Source: Candidatus Methanophagaceae archaeon (GTDB taxonomy: Archaea; Halobacteriota; Syntropharchaeia; Alkanophagales; Methanospirareceae). From it: a DNA stretch of 64,000 nt. The stretch covers positions 50,706 through 114,705 of the forward strand of contig PQXC01000003.1 of assembly GCA_003194435.1 (NCBI GenBank). Reading direction: 5' to 3'. Below are positions 27,132-37,342 of this stretch, one piece after another. The notes under the pieces were generated by a model. The model was given only the letters and a program-made list of their open reading frames with translations. It had not been told where the DNA came from and searched no databases. The first letter of the stretch is position 1. Each line of letters starts with the position of its first letter. The position numbers were made by a program, and so were the translations under genes.

Positions 27132-27282
27132 CTTGTTTTTTCACCACTGAATTCTAAAGAAAGAATGGTTATATAAAGCTTTCTATGCAGGAACAATCAT
27201 ATAAATAACTTTCGCTCCAGGCTCTAAGTAAAGTTCTAAAATCGCCCCTACGCTTAGCTGACTTTTCTCTCTCTCACTTGCT

Positions 27283-27723
27283 CTACATCTCAACTTTGAG
27301 TTCCTCTTTAAGCGTCTTCAACACCAGTTCCGCATCCACGCTCTCTACCCCCTTGGTCCTCTTTATAGCCTCTATAACGTCACTGCACCTATTATAACCT
27401 GTGCATTTCGCAATTACAATAAGGTCGAACTCGCCGGTAACATGATGAACACAGCAACTCTCTCTCATTGCCGCTATCTCATTCCCTACATCCTCCGCAC
27501 CATAACCCTGACTGGTCTTTATCTTCGCTATTAATGTGACCATACCCATCTCTGAGGTGTTAAGAATCGTAGTGTAGCCACATATAATGCCGCTCTTCGT
27601 TAACCGCTTCACTCGCTCACTCACCGTTGCGGTGCTCACCCCTATCTTCTGCGCTATCTTCGTGAAGGACTTGCGGGAATCCTGCTGAAGCTCTCTCAAT
27701 ATCTTCCTATCTACATCATCCAC
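27283..27723 (-). CDS. Lrp/AsnC-family transcriptional regulator.
   Basis: It has an N-terminal HTH (ILRELQQDSRKSFTKIAQKIGVSTATVSERVKRL) and a C-terminal RAM domain. It overlaps trpD by 8 nt. Confidence 0.8.
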   Translation of the reverse strand: MDDVDRKILRELQQDSRKSFTKIAQKIGVSTATVSERVKRLTKSGIICGYTTILNTSEMGMVTLIAKIKTSQGYGAEDVGNEIAAMRESCCVHHVTGEFDLIVIAKCTGYNRCSDVIEAIKRTKGVESVDAELVLKTLKEELKVEM

Positions 27724-28765
27724 TTATATCATCTCCCTGTACCTGTATTGCATGTTGCAGTGTTGTGAAATCAATGAACTCGTTGAGCTTCGCTTCCGCT
27801 TTACCCGATTCCAGTATCTCTCTGGCTATCTCAAAGGCGTCGGTTAAAGTCTCTGACTCCTCTGCTGCGAATATGGCGGATGCTGCATTTAAGAGAACGA
27901 CGTCACGCTTCGCTCCCTCTTCTCTACCGCTCAGGATACCGCGCAGTATCTTCGCACTTGCCTCACGAGTACCGCCGGCAATCTCTCTCGGTGATGCTAC
28001 TTGCAACCCGAAATCATCAGGTCTTATGAAGTATGTGTCTATCTCACCATCTTCTAATTGCGATACCTTTGTCTTTCCGGAGATGGAGACCTCATCCACG
28101 CCCGGCTCGCCATGTACAACAAGTGCCTTCCTCAACCCGAGGATGCGAAGTACCTTCGCTATCTTCTCCGTCATCCCTGCATCATAAACCCCTATAAGCT
28201 GATGAGTGGCATTTGCGGGATTTGTTAACGGACCCAGAATATTGAATACCGTTCTCAAACCAAGCTTCTGCCTCACTTCCACCACGTTCTTCATCGCCTG
28301 ATGGTGCACGGGCGCGAACATGAATCCAATGCCTATCTTCTCTATACATTCCTCTATCTTTTGCGGTGGTAACGCCAGATTCACTCCCAATTCCTCTAAA
28401 ACATCCGCACTACCACACTTCGATGTCACAGACCTGTTACCATGCTTCGCTACCGGTACCACGCAAGCGGTAATGAACGCAGCGGTAGTTGATATATTGA
28501 AAGTCTTTACTGTATCACCACCTGTACCACATACATCCACCTTCTTCTCCACTCTCGGATTTATACGCAGTGCCATACTTCGCATAACAGTGGCGAATGC
28601 CGCTATCTCCTCTTCTGTCTCGCCTTTCATCCTCATTGCGGTAAGGAATGCCGCGGTCTGAATTCTATCTGGCTTACCCTCCATTATAGCCCGCATCGCC
28701 ATTTCCGCCTCTTCTGCTCTCAGGTCCTCCCCGTCCACCACTTTGCTCAAGTATCTCACAAGCAT
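27716..28765 (-). CDS. trpD: Anthranilate phosphoribosyltransferase.
   Basis: Motifs VDVCGTGGD and KHGNRSVTSKCGSADVLE are diagnostic of TrpD. Confidence 0.85.
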   Translation of the reverse strand: MLVRYLSKVVDGEDLRAEEAEMAMRAIMEGKPDRIQTAAFLTAMRMKGETEEEIAAFATVMRSMALRINPRVEKKVDVCGTGGDTVKTFNISTTAAFITACVVPVAKHGNRSVTSKCGSADVLEELGVNLALPPQKIEECIEKIGIGFMFAPVHHQAMKNVVEVRQKLGLRTVFNILGPLTNPANATHQLIGVYDAGMTEKIAKVLRILGLRKALVVHGEPGVDEVSISGKTKVSQLEDGEIDTYFIRPDDFGLQVASPREIAGGTREASAKILRGILSGREEGAKRDVVLLNAASAIFAAEESETLTDAFEIAREILESGKAEAKLNEFIDFTTLQHAIQVQGDDISG

Positions 28766-28879
28766 CTCGCCATCCTACATCTCCATTATGATTATACTTT
28801 ATAAATTAGAATGCATTCATATTCATTCAATTTTATCATATCTTTATTAACCATCCTGAAATCTCTTCTAATCGAATAA

Positions 28880-29428
28880 ATGGAGAAGAAGCTACGGCTA
28901 CATACACCGCTGGATGAGGCAGCGATAAAGGAATTGAAGTTGCGAGATATTGTATATCTCAGTGGCGAGTTATATACGATGAGGGATAAAGCACACCAGC
29001 GAATACTGGATTACCTGCGAGCGGGCAAGCCTCTACCAGTACCGATAGAGCGAGGTGCAGTGATATACCACTGCGGTCCGTTAGTGCGTAATCACGAGGT
29101 CATAGCAGCGGGACCCACAACCAGTGCGAGAATGGAGACAGCCACGCCAGAACTGATAGATGCGCTTCAAATACGCGCTATCATAGGAAAAGGAGGTATG
29201 GGGATCGCAGCGCGGGAAGCTATGTGTGCACATGGATGTGTATATCTCACAATGACCGGTGGCGCGGCAGTCTTAGCTGCTACCTGCATAAAGGATGTTA
29301 TATCTGTATACTGGACAGACCTCGGGATGGCTGAAGCGGTCTGGCATCTGCACGTGGATGAGTTCGGTCCCCTGGTGGTGGGCATAGATGCAAGAGGGAA
29401 TAGCCTGTATGAGAATGAGGGGCTATAA
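28880..29428 (+). CDS. Class I fumarate hydratase beta subunit (Fe-S hydro-lyase C-terminal domain; FumB/TtdB-like).
   Basis: The sequences GELYTMRDKAHQR, IIGKGGM and YLTMTGGAAVL match the stand-alone beta subunit. No alpha subunit is adjacent. Confidence 0.7.
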   Translation: MEKKLRLHTPLDEAAIKELKLRDIVYLSGELYTMRDKAHQRILDYLRAGKPLPVPIERGAVIYHCGPLVRNHEVIAAGPTTSARMETATPELIDALQIRAIIGKGGMGIAAREAMCAHGCVYLTMTGGAAVLAATCIKDVISVYWTDLGMAEAVWHLHVDEFGPLVVGIDARGNSLYENEGL

Positions 29429-29488
29429 ATGTCAACAATAGCTTTGAGAATAAAAATAAAGGGGCTGATTTAGTTAGTTAGATTAGAG

Positions 29489-31462
29489 TTAGCCCCATAC
29501 ACCCGGGCATAATGGATCCCCCCCGGGATAATGTGGATACCAGGGTGTTGTAGGTGTGCCGGACGGTGGTTTGTAAGGGAATGGCGGATAAACAGGTCTT
29601 ACACCCGGGAACGGGCATAACGGGGTTAAATCCATCGTCCAATGTTTCATATGTGGTATTGTCGAAGTGCAATTACCGGTGACATCACAAGCGGTGATAT
29701 AAATTGTGAGGACCGTACCTGCTGGTTGCCCTGGTATCGTCGCATTCCAGTAGCCATCGAGTATAGTACCGCTGACAAGACTCATACTCACTGTGCTAAC
29801 ATAATTTGATAGATTTATGTATGTGAGGTTCACTGTAGCCACACCGAGGTCATCCGTGACATGTGCGGTTATTGTCACGCTTTCACCCTCAACTGGACTA
29901 TCACTTGACTGTGTAAAGCTCTCCACGACCGGCGGTGTGGTATATGCACTTACACTCGCTTCAGTCTCATTGGAGACCGTACCACCTGCGGGTAACATAC
30001 CTGTGACATTGACATGATTGACAAGCACTCCAAGCTGACTCTCGTTTACATGTAGTCGCGCCACAAGATATACTGTCGTGGATTCCGAAGCTGAAAGAGT
30101 ATTTATAGACCAGTTTACCCACTGACCGCTGTTCTGACCGCCGTTAGTAGCGTCGAGGAAATCCAAACCCTGAGGCAAACTGTCATTTATGTACACGGGA
30201 CCGAGGTCTGCTCCGCCACGATTGGTCACCGTTATGCTGAAGTTGATATCAGTGCCATTAACGCCCCTGGAAGGTGAAGCGATCTTCTCCACACTTATTT
30301 CTGATGCGTACGCGGTCACATTCGTTGCGGTCTCATTGGTGATGATTTCGCCACCTGGAAGCTTACCACTGACGGTGACAAAGTTTGTCAGAGTTCCTGT
30401 AACATCTCCACTGATATTCGCTTCCAGATATACTGTCACCATATCGCCGCTCTGCAGTGTATCCACGGACCAGTTTACCCACTGACCGCTGTTCTGACCG
30501 CCATCAGTAGCATTGATGAAATCCAACCCCAGAGGTAAACTGTCATTTATGTACACCGAGCTGAGATTGAGTTCACCGGGATTGGTCACCGTTATGCTGA
30601 AGTTGACGGTCGTACCTGGAGCGCCTGAATCGGGCTGTGCACTCTTTCTGACATCTATCCCTGCCAATGTAGATACGCTCACTGTGCACTCATCATCGTC
30701 ACTCACCTCTACACCCTCTTCCGTAGTAGCATTAACAGTAGCAATGTTCGTAACCGCGGGTATATCCGATTCGTTGATGACATGAGTTATCGTACCCACA
30801 GTTGATTCATCAGGCATCAGCGAGCTTCTCTCCAGCGTTATCTGCCCATACTCGCTGTCGTTAACCTCAATATCAGTCAGATTCACATCTCCTGTATTGA
30901 TGACATTGAAGCAATAAGTTACTGTGTCACCGATATTAGCGCTCAAAGAGTGAGACCCTGGACAGGTACCATCAAGAGAAGCGGTCTTTATGATCGCAAT
31001 AGCAGGAGCAAGAATCTCCGTACTCTTCGTTACCCTTGCAATGACCTCATCACCTGCTTCATCGCGACCCTCCACCTCAAGTGTATCCTTCACACTCTTA
31101 TCCGCACCTATATCAGCTCTCTGAACCACATAAGAGCGCAAATAGGTTTTATTAGCACCGGATGGGAGGAAGAGGTTCGTATCCAGAAGCTCCACCGTGC
31201 CATTGGGATAGACATTGGTGACATTCAGTGTATAATTCAGGCTATCTGAATTCGCTACTCGCAGTGTGTAGTTAATGGTCTCACCAACACTGTACACATC
31301 TCTGGGTGTGGTCAAACTCAATTCAAGCCATCCGGCGTTCACCGGCGTGAACACCGCGAGGAAGAAGAAAACCACCAAAACCACCATGAGGCATGATATA
31401 AAGATTCGTTTTTTGTTCTGTTTTTTGTTCACCCTCTTGTATTGGTCACTGTTCATAACCAT
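29489..31462 (-). CDS. Cell-surface protein with DUF11 (conserved repeat domain) repeats and many N-glycosylation sequons.
   Basis: It has an N-terminal TM/signal (ISCLMVVLVVFFFLAVFTPVNA). Repeated units such as VNGTDINFSITVTNRGGADLGPVYINDSLPQGLDFLDATNGGQNSGQWVNWS recur. The C-terminus is Pro/Tyr-rich. Confidence 0.6.
   Translation of the reverse strand: MVMNSDQYKRVNKKQNKKRIFISCLMVVLVVFFFLAVFTPVNAGWLELSLTTPRDVYSVGETINYTLRVANSDSLNYTLNVTNVYPNGTVELLDTNLFLPSGANKTYLRSYVVQRADIGADKSVKDTLEVEGRDEAGDEVIARVTKSTEILAPAIAIIKTASLDGTCPGSHSLSANIGDTVTYCFNVINTGDVNLTDIEVNDSEYGQITLERSSLMPDESTVGTITHVINESDIPAVTNIATVNATTEEGVEVSDDDECTVSVSTLAGIDVRKSAQPDSGAPGTTVNFSITVTNPGELNLSSVYINDSLPLGLDFINATDGGQNSGQWVNWSVDTLQSGDMVTVYLEANISGDVTGTLTNFVTVSGKLPGGEIITNETATNVTAYASEISVEKIASPSRGVNGTDINFSITVTNRGGADLGPVYINDSLPQGLDFLDATNGGQNSGQWVNWSINTLSASESTTVYLVARLHVNESQLGVLVNHVNVTGMLPAGGTVSNETEASVSAYTTPPVVESFTQSSDSPVEGESVTITAHVTDDLGVATVNLTYINLSNYVSTVSMSLVSGTILDGYWNATIPGQPAGTVLTIYITACDVTGNCTSTIPHMKHWTMDLTPLCPFPGVRPVYPPFPYKPPSGTPTTPWYPHYPGGDPLCPGVWG
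30107..30610. repeat. Intragenic tandem duplication: two DNA units about 360 bp apart, sharing ~90% identity over the ~140-bp aligned cores, that encode consecutive DUF11 repeats.
   Basis: Nucleotides 30111-30197 (ccagtttacccactgaccgctgttctgaccgcc...tgtcatttatgtacac) recur at 30471-30557. The stretch attggtcaccgttatgctgaagttga recurs at about 30221 and 30581. Confidence 0.6.
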
Positions 31463-31615
31463 CTTTTAGCTCCTCCTTGTTTTTACATGTGTCTTTAACA
31501 TATGTTATGTGAAAAGTGGTATATAAGCCTTCCGGTAGCATTTCCGATGGAGAATGCACCGGAAATGATATATGTATGTATAGCAGTAGAAAGGATAGGA
31601 GGTGAGAACTAAAAA

Positions 31616-32386
31616 ATGGCTTTTGAATTGCTAATAGCTGGAATAGTAATTGTAGTGCTGATATTGCTGGCATCGGCGATAAAGGTGGTGAAGGAATACG
31701 AACGCGGTGTTATCTTCAGACTTGGGCGACTTGTTGGCGCCAGAGGACCCGGACTGTTCTTTATCATACCTATCTTCGAGACCATGGTAAAGATAGACCT
31801 CAGGGTTTCGGTATTCGATGTGCCGCCACAGGAGGTCATAACAAAGGATAATGTCACCACGCGGGTCAATGCAGTGGTCTATTACCGTGTGCTCGACCCG
31901 GAAAAAGCGGTAACTGTTGTGGAGCGATATGACTATGCCACATCCCAGATTGCACTGACCACAATAAGGGGTGTGATAGGGCAGGCGGAACTGGATGAAC
32001 TGTTATCGGAACGTGACAAGCTGAATCAAAGATTACAGAAGATAATTGACGAGGCGACCGACCCGTGGGGGATAAAGATATCAGCGGTGGAGATAAAAGA
32101 CGTGGAACTGCCAAAAGAGATGCAACGCGCTATGGCGGCACAGGCAGAAGCGGAAAGGGACAAAAGAGCGAGAATCATCTCCGCAGATGCGGAATTCCAG
32201 GCAGCGAAGAAGATCGCAGAAGCGGCAGGTGTACTCGCAACGCAGAAGGGCGGGATGTTTATCAGAGCATTGCAGATGATAAAAGAGGCTACGGAGGAGA
32301 AGGCTACTACTGTTATCATTCCGTTCCCGATAGAAATGCTCGAAGCTTTAGGCTACCGAACCGAGAAGAAGACAGAAAGCACGTGA
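31616..32386 (+). CDS. SPFH/band-7 (stomatin-like) membrane protein.
   Basis: There is an N-terminal TM, then KVVKEYERGVIFRLGR, and a C-terminal coiled coil (AQAEAERDKRARIISADAEFQAAKK). Confidence 0.85.
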   Translation: MAFELLIAGIVIVVLILLASAIKVVKEYERGVIFRLGRLVGARGPGLFFIIPIFETMVKIDLRVSVFDVPPQEVITKDNVTTRVNAVVYYRVLDPEKAVTVVERYDYATSQIALTTIRGVIGQAELDELLSERDKLNQRLQKIIDEATDPWGIKISAVEIKDVELPKEMQRAMAAQAEAERDKRARIISADAEFQAAKKIAEAAGVLATQKGGMFIRALQMIKEATEEKATTVIIPFPIEMLEALGYRTEKKTEST

Positions 32387-32441
32387 AGCGATAACCGATT
32401 TTTTCTATGATGGAGCCTATTTAAAGTGTAGTGTATAATGT

Positions 32442-33722
32442 ATGGGGAAGCAATTCCTGGAGATAACAGAGCAGAGGGAAGCAGAACGCAAGATTCAAGA
32501 ACTGAGTGCGAGAATAGCAAAACAGCTTGATTCTGAGCTGGTTAGCATAGAGAGTGCGCTGGGTCGAGTTGCTTCCACCGATATTTTTTCCCCTCTTAAT
32601 ATCCCACCATTTGACCGCGCAACAATGGATGGCTATGCGGTTGTGGCTTCTGACACATATTATTGCTCTGAAGATGCACCTGCCACGCTGATAGTAAAGG
32701 CACGCATCCGTGCAGGAGAAGCTCATTCGGGAGATATAGAAAGAGGGTTCTGTATGGGTATATCTACCGGTGCAGCCGTTCCTAAGGGTGCCGATGCGGT
32801 TGTCAAAGTAGAGAACACGATGGAGATAGAGCGAGAGGATAAGGATGTGGTTAAGATTTACAAACCTGTGGCACCGGGTGAGAATATCATGCTCGCAGGT
32901 ACGGACATAAAGCGCGGCGAGAAGATAGTTACACGAGGAACTACATTAACAGCGCAGGATACAGGTGTTATAGCTGCGTGTGGATTGTCCACGGTCAAAG
33001 TCTATAAAAAGCCGACTGTCGCGGTCATATCCACAGGTGATGAGCTGATAATGCCCGGAGAGAACCTGACGCCCGGTAAGATATACGATGTTAATGCCCG
33101 TACACTAAGTGATTCTATACGTGAATGTGGCTCTGTTCCGTTATCGCTCGGTATCGTACGTGACCGGAAGGAGGAGATAAGGAATAAGATAAAGGAGGCT
33201 TTGAGGATGGGTGCAGATGTTATAATACTCTCTGGCGGTACCTCCGCAGGTGGGGGAGATGAAGTGCCAGTAGCGATAGCAGAAGTTGGGGAGCTCATCC
33301 TGCACGGTGTGGATATAAAACCCGGTAAACCGTTTGTACTTGGCATGTGCCATGATAAGCCTGTATTCGGACTGCCGGGTAATCCCACCTCTGCATTGAT
33401 AACTTTCAACCTCTTTGTCGCTCCACTGCTACGTGCAATTTCTGGCTCAATTCAAATTCAAAATCAAAACCAGCAGCCGAAGCAAAAGCGGCGTAAGAAA
33501 GTAAAAGTGAAGACCGCATGTAGAATATTCTCAGAGCCGGGTCGAAATGAATATCTGATGGTGAAGCTCGTTCCCGGGAATGGTAACCTGGTTGCCTATC
33601 CTATCCTCTCCGGCTCTGGTGCAATCACGACCCTTGCGAAGGCTGATGGCTACATATACATGGGCAAGGGCAGGGAGATAATAGAGGAAGAAGATGAGGT
33701 GGAAGTGGAACTATTAAGGTAA
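32442..33722 (+). CDS. moeA: Molybdopterin molybdenumtransferase MoeA (copy 1).
   Basis: Motifs MDGYAV and the GGVSMG-like LSGGTSAGGGD, plus the overall MoeA domain order, support the call. Confidence 0.8.
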   Translation: MGKQFLEITEQREAERKIQELSARIAKQLDSELVSIESALGRVASTDIFSPLNIPPFDRATMDGYAVVASDTYYCSEDAPATLIVKARIRAGEAHSGDIERGFCMGISTGAAVPKGADAVVKVENTMEIEREDKDVVKIYKPVAPGENIMLAGTDIKRGEKIVTRGTTLTAQDTGVIAACGLSTVKVYKKPTVAVISTGDELIMPGENLTPGKIYDVNARTLSDSIRECGSVPLSLGIVRDRKEEIRNKIKEALRMGADVIILSGGTSAGGGDEVPVAIAEVGELILHGVDIKPGKPFVLGMCHDKPVFGLPGNPTSALITFNLFVAPLLRAISGSIQIQNQNQQPKQKRRKKVKVKTACRIFSEPGRNEYLMVKLVPGNGNLVAYPILSGSGAITTLAKADGYIYMGKGREIIEEEDEVEVELLR

Positions 33723-33802
33723 ATATAAATACGAGATCGAGATGAGGGAACGAGAATAAAACATCAATCTTTATATATTATAATAACTAATCAATAATAA
33801 TA

Positions 33803-33919
33803 CCCGCCTTAACTCAGTCTGGAAGAGTGCGCGGCTGTAGTGCGAATTTTTGACCACCTCCCAAGGTTATACCGCGCGCGGAAACCGTGATGTCCCCGGT
33901 TCAAATCCGGGAGGCGGGA
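33803..33919 (+). tRNA. tRNA-Tyr (anticodon GUA) with a 43-nt intron at the canonical 37/38 position.
   Basis: The exons fold as CCCGCCT-TA-ACTC-AGTCTGGAAG-GAGT-G-CGCGG-CTGTAG|intron|A-CCGTG-ATGTC-CCCGG-TTCAAAT-CCGGG-AGGCGGG-A. The intron is about 33841-33883 and GC-rich (ACCGCGCGCGG). Confidence 0.7.
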
Positions 33920-33952
33920 TTCATATTCATATTCTACTGGTCTACTGGTGTC

Positions 33953-34528
33953 ATGACACTGCACATACACAAGAAGGGCATGAGGGTACTTGGAATAGCA
34001 GAGAGTTTCGTCATGGAATACGAGAAGTCTGTGCTTGCAGGCATAGTGATGCGTTCTGACTTTATTATAGATGGTGTAGCCTTCAGCGAGATAACAGTGG
34101 GGGGAATGGACGCAACAGAAGGTATTCTGCACCTGTTTCATTCATTGCAGCGTGACGATATAAATGCAATGATGCTCAATGGCTGTGTTATCAGCTGGTT
34201 CAACATAGTGAATTTAGAGGAGTTGTATGAGGAGCTGCAAATACCGCTTGTATGCGTTACTTATGAGGAATCAGAGGGACTGGAGGGGCATATAGAGCAT
34301 CATTTCAGAGATACAGAACGCGATTTGAGACTCGAGGCATACCGGAGATTGGGGAATCGGACAAAACTCACCTTAAATAACAAGTATGAGGTTTTAATAC
34401 GATTTCTTGGTATGGATACCACAGAAGTCAAAGCCATACTCAACAGGTTTACCCTGCATGGGAGAGTACCGGAACCTCTCAGGATAGCTAAGATGATGGC
34501 AAGAGCAGCACTCAGATATTTCTCTTAA
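33953..34528 (+). CDS. DUF99/UPF0215-family (endonuclease-V-like fold) protein. The start is trimmed so it does not overlap the tRNA-Tyr.
   Basis: MRVLGIAESF...IVMRSDFIIDGVAFSEITVGG...LQIPLVCVTYEESEG fits DUF99. The ORF-track start at 33887 lies inside the tRNA gene. Confidence 0.55.
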   Translation: MTLHIHKKGMRVLGIAESFVMEYEKSVLAGIVMRSDFIIDGVAFSEITVGGMDATEGILHLFHSLQRDDINAMMLNGCVISWFNIVNLEELYEELQIPLVCVTYEESEGLEGHIEHHFRDTERDLRLEAYRRLGNRTKLTLNNKYEVLIRFLGMDTTEVKAILNRFTLHGRVPEPLRIAKMMARAALRYFS

Positions 34529-34551
34529 CCCTGGTTTGTACTATCGTACTA

Positions 34552-35484
34552 CTATAAGAGCACTTCTATATCCAGCTGTTCGGATAATTCCTTGTATCTG
34601 TTTCTTATTGTAACTTCAGTAACACCGGTAACATCAGATACATCTTTTTGTGTTCGATGCTCGCCATTTAAGATCGCAGCGATATAAATAGCCGCTGCTG
34701 CAATGCCGATGGGTCCACGTCCATTGGTCAGCTCCTTCTCCGAGGCTTTCTTTATTATCTCTATCGCTTTCGCTCTTATGTCACCACCGAGACCGAGCAT
34801 GGAACAGAACCTGGGTACGAAGTCAATAGGTGATGCAGGCGATATCTTAAGGTCCAGTTCCCTTAATAGGAACCTGTAAGCACGCGATATCTCCTTCTGA
34901 CTCACTCGTGATACCTCCCGCACCTCCTCGAGTGTTCGCGGCACTCCGTACTGCCGGCAGGTGATATACAGTATTGCCGAGGTTATACCCTCGATGCTAC
35001 GTCCACGGATTAAATGCTTCTTCATCGCTTTCCTGTATAACATGGATGCCGCTTCCCGGATACTCACCGGCAGTTTCAACGCAGACGACATCCGTTCTAT
35101 CTCAGAGAGCGCGAAGATGAAACTCCTCTCGGTTGTATTTGCTATATGGGTTCGTTGCTGCCACTTCTTCAGCTTGTATTGCCCCTGCGCTGGCGAACCC
35201 CAGTTGGTGAGCGTACTCAGCCCTTTATCATGGATTCGATAAGTGAGTGGAGCGCCAGCTCTCGCCCTCTTCGACATCTGCTCTGAGTCAAAGGCACGCC
35301 ACTCAGGTCCAAGGTCCACAATATTCTCTGCAATCACCAGCCCACAGTCAGCACAAAATATCTCTGCCTTACCATAATCACGAACCAAGCACTTAGAGCC
35401 ACATTCAGGGCACTCCTTTACTTCCTCCCGCTTCTCCCGTTTCTTATCCTTTCCTCCTCCCTTCTCCCCTTCCGGGACTGCCAT
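34552..35484 (-). CDS. tfb: Transcription initiation factor IIB (TFB).
   Basis: It has an N-terminal Zn-ribbon ([24 protein letters not shown]), a B-reader and two cyclin folds. Confidence 0.9.
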   Translation of the reverse strand: MAVPEGEKGGGKDKKREKREEVKECPECGSKCLVRDYGKAEIFCADCGLVIAENIVDLGPEWRAFDSEQMSKRARAGAPLTYRIHDKGLSTLTNWGSPAQGQYKLKKWQQRTHIANTTERSFIFALSEIERMSSALKLPVSIREAASMLYRKAMKKHLIRGRSIEGITSAILYITCRQYGVPRTLEEVREVSRVSQKEISRAYRFLLRELDLKISPASPIDFVPRFCSMLGLGGDIRAKAIEIIKKASEKELTNGRGPIGIAAAAIYIAAILNGEHRTQKDVSDVTGVTEVTIRNRYKELSEQLDIEVLL

Positions 35485-35552
35485 CTTAATATCAGTTTAA
35501 TCGTGGGTATATAAATATGATTTTACTTACCATCTTAATCTTATACTCATGG

Positions 35553-36215
35553 TTAGAGCATAGAGTTAGAGCATAGCCGCTCAAACGTTTTCCATGACTG
35601 CCTCACATAAGCAGGGATACTATTCTTATCCTTACGGTCGTCCAGCAACCGCTTCAGGAACTGGATGGTCCTGGGGTCTGCGGGATATCCACTACCTATC
35701 TCTGTTCCTATTTCTGTGGCAAGCTCCCTGATTGACCTGTCACGGTGCACTTTTGCCACTATTGACGCCGCACTGACCACCGGATAGTTAACATCTGCTT
35801 TGAACTCGGAGATTATCTCGATGTCACGCTCACGCATGTTGCACTTGCACCTGCACTTCTTGCGGAGATTGTAAGCGAAACGTTCTGGATTGACATCTGC
35901 AGCATCAACGTAGACCCTATCGGGATGAAGAAGCTCAATGATACGAGCGAAGAGGTCAACAGTGATTTCGTTCATACTCTGGCTCTTCCTTCTTTCGTCT
36001 ATCTCCTTCGCGGTGAGTTCCACGACCTGAACTTCAGTAGCATCCAGGATGAGCTTTGCAAGCTGTTCCCGCCTCTTAGAGCTAAGTCTCTTCGAATCTC
36101 TCACGCCCAGTACTTCCAGCCCTTCAAAGTTAAGGACACCGGCAACGAAGAGAGACCCTATCACAGGTCCTCTTCCCGCTTCATCTATTCCTATCTCCCT
36201 CAGCATGGTGCTCAT
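35553..36215 (-). CDS. rnhB: Ribonuclease HII.
   Basis: [18 protein letters not shown] and the DSK motif (VRDSKRLS) identify it. It overlaps trxB by 4 nt. Confidence 0.85.
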   Translation of the reverse strand: MSTMLREIGIDEAGRGPVIGSLFVAGVLNFEGLEVLGVRDSKRLSSKRREQLAKLILDATEVQVVELTAKEIDERRKSQSMNEITVDLFARIIELLHPDRVYVDAADVNPERFAYNLRKKCRCKCNMRERDIEIISEFKADVNYPVVSAASIVAKVHRDRSIRELATEIGTEIGSGYPADPRTIQFLKRLLDDRKDKNSIPAYVRQSWKTFERLCSNSML

Positions 36216-37126
36216 AGCAGGTCATTATAAGCCGATAGCGCGGCAACCGCACCTTCCGCACAGGCGACTACCACCTGCCTGACCCCACCTGTGACATCAC
36301 CCGCGGCGTATACATGCTTGAGATTCGTCCTCTGGCTTTTATCTGTGATTATATACCCGTTTGCATCGAGTGCAACGCCCATCTTCGCAGCCAGTTCACT
36401 GTTCGGCTCTTCTCCAATAGATATGAAGAGCCCGGCGATGGGAAGCTCGCTCTCAGCGCCCTCACCTTTACTACCTTTACTATCAAGAATAACGCTTTTT
36501 ACCACCTTATCGCCCTTTATCTCCTTTACAACCGAGTTCCAGCGGATGGTAACGCCCGCATCTACCAGTTTCTGCTGTAGATATCGCTCTGCTCTGAGTT
36601 TATCTCTTCTATGAATCAATGTGACCCTACAACCGAGGTTTTGCAGATATAAAGCTTCCCTGACTGCGGAATCGCCACCACCAACGACAGCTACGGGCTT
36701 ATTTTTGAAGAAGAAGCCATCACAGGTGGCACAGTAGGATACACCCCTCCCGGCGAATTCAGCCTCACCTTTTGCTCCCAACCGCCTGTGCCTGGTTCCT
36801 GTGCTCATTACCACCGCTCTTGTGTGATAAGAGTTCTTATCGGAGGTAACAACCAGCTCGTTCGAGCTTACTTCTATCTTCTCAACCTTCTCCAGCTCAC
36901 GAATCTCAACGTATCTTGATACATGCTCCTTTATCTTCGATGCCAGTTCCATACCTCCAACTCTATTGAATCCGGGATAATTCTCTATCTCCGGAGCTTC
37001 GTTCGATAGCCCCCCGCTTATTCCTTTCTCAAGTACCAGAGTTTTCAGCCCGCTTCTCACTCCATACATCCCCGCAGTCATCCCTGCAGGTCCTGCACCC
37101 ACCACAATCAAATCTTCTCCAGCCAT
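36212..37126 (-). CDS. trxB: Thioredoxin-disulfide reductase.
   Basis: GAGPAG, the CATCDG redox centre and GGGDSA NADPH-site motifs are present. Confidence 0.85.
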   Translation of the reverse strand: MAGEDLIVVGAGPAGMTAGMYGVRSGLKTLVLEKGISGGLSNEAPEIENYPGFNRVGGMELASKIKEHVSRYVEIRELEKVEKIEVSSNELVVTSDKNSYHTRAVVMSTGTRHRRLGAKGEAEFAGRGVSYCATCDGFFFKNKPVAVVGGGDSAVREALYLQNLGCRVTLIHRRDKLRAERYLQQKLVDAGVTIRWNSVVKEIKGDKVVKSVILDSKGSKGEGAESELPIAGLFISIGEEPNSELAAKMGVALDANGYIITDKSQRTNLKHVYAAGDVTGGVRQVVVACAEGAVAALSAYNDLL

Positions 37127-37245
37127 AGTATATAGTATCTAGTTAGTGTTAGTATCTCGTATTGTATTATATGAGGAAAGCAGATAAATGTCCAACCTTA
37201 TTTTTTATTATAGCATTATTGTATAAGCGTAAGGCTATAAGTGGA

Positions 37246-37317
37246 GGGCCCGTGGTCTAGGGGAATGACGTCGCCTTGACGAGGCGGAGGTCATGCGTTC
37301 GAATCGCATCGGGCCCA
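37246..37317 (+). tRNA. tRNA-Val (anticodon GAC).
   Basis: It folds as GGGCCCG-TG-GTCT-AGGGGAA-TGAC-G-TCGCC-TTGACGA-GGCGG-AGGTC-ATGCG-TTCGAAT-CGCAT-CGGGCCC-A. Confidence 0.85.
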
Positions 37318-37342
37318 TATCCTTTCACATTCACATTCAGAA

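Noticed and set aside
26386-27150. Long antisense ORFs inside confident genes: 26386..27150 antisense to ftsZ, 14485..15147 antisense to hbd, 16471..17094 antisense to the thiolase, and 45261..45809 across S27e/aIF2-alpha.
   Set aside because: All sit entirely within strongly supported genes on the other strand. They have low-complexity, S/A/P-rich composition typical of antisense frames in GC-balanced DNA. They have no recognisable motifs.
33809-34141. A minus-strand 110-aa ORF and plus-strand ORFs (33850.., 33887..) overlapping the tRNA-Tyr gene.
   Set aside because: They overlap an intron-containing tRNA and the better-supported DUF99 gene. The DUF99 CDS is trimmed to start after the tRNA.
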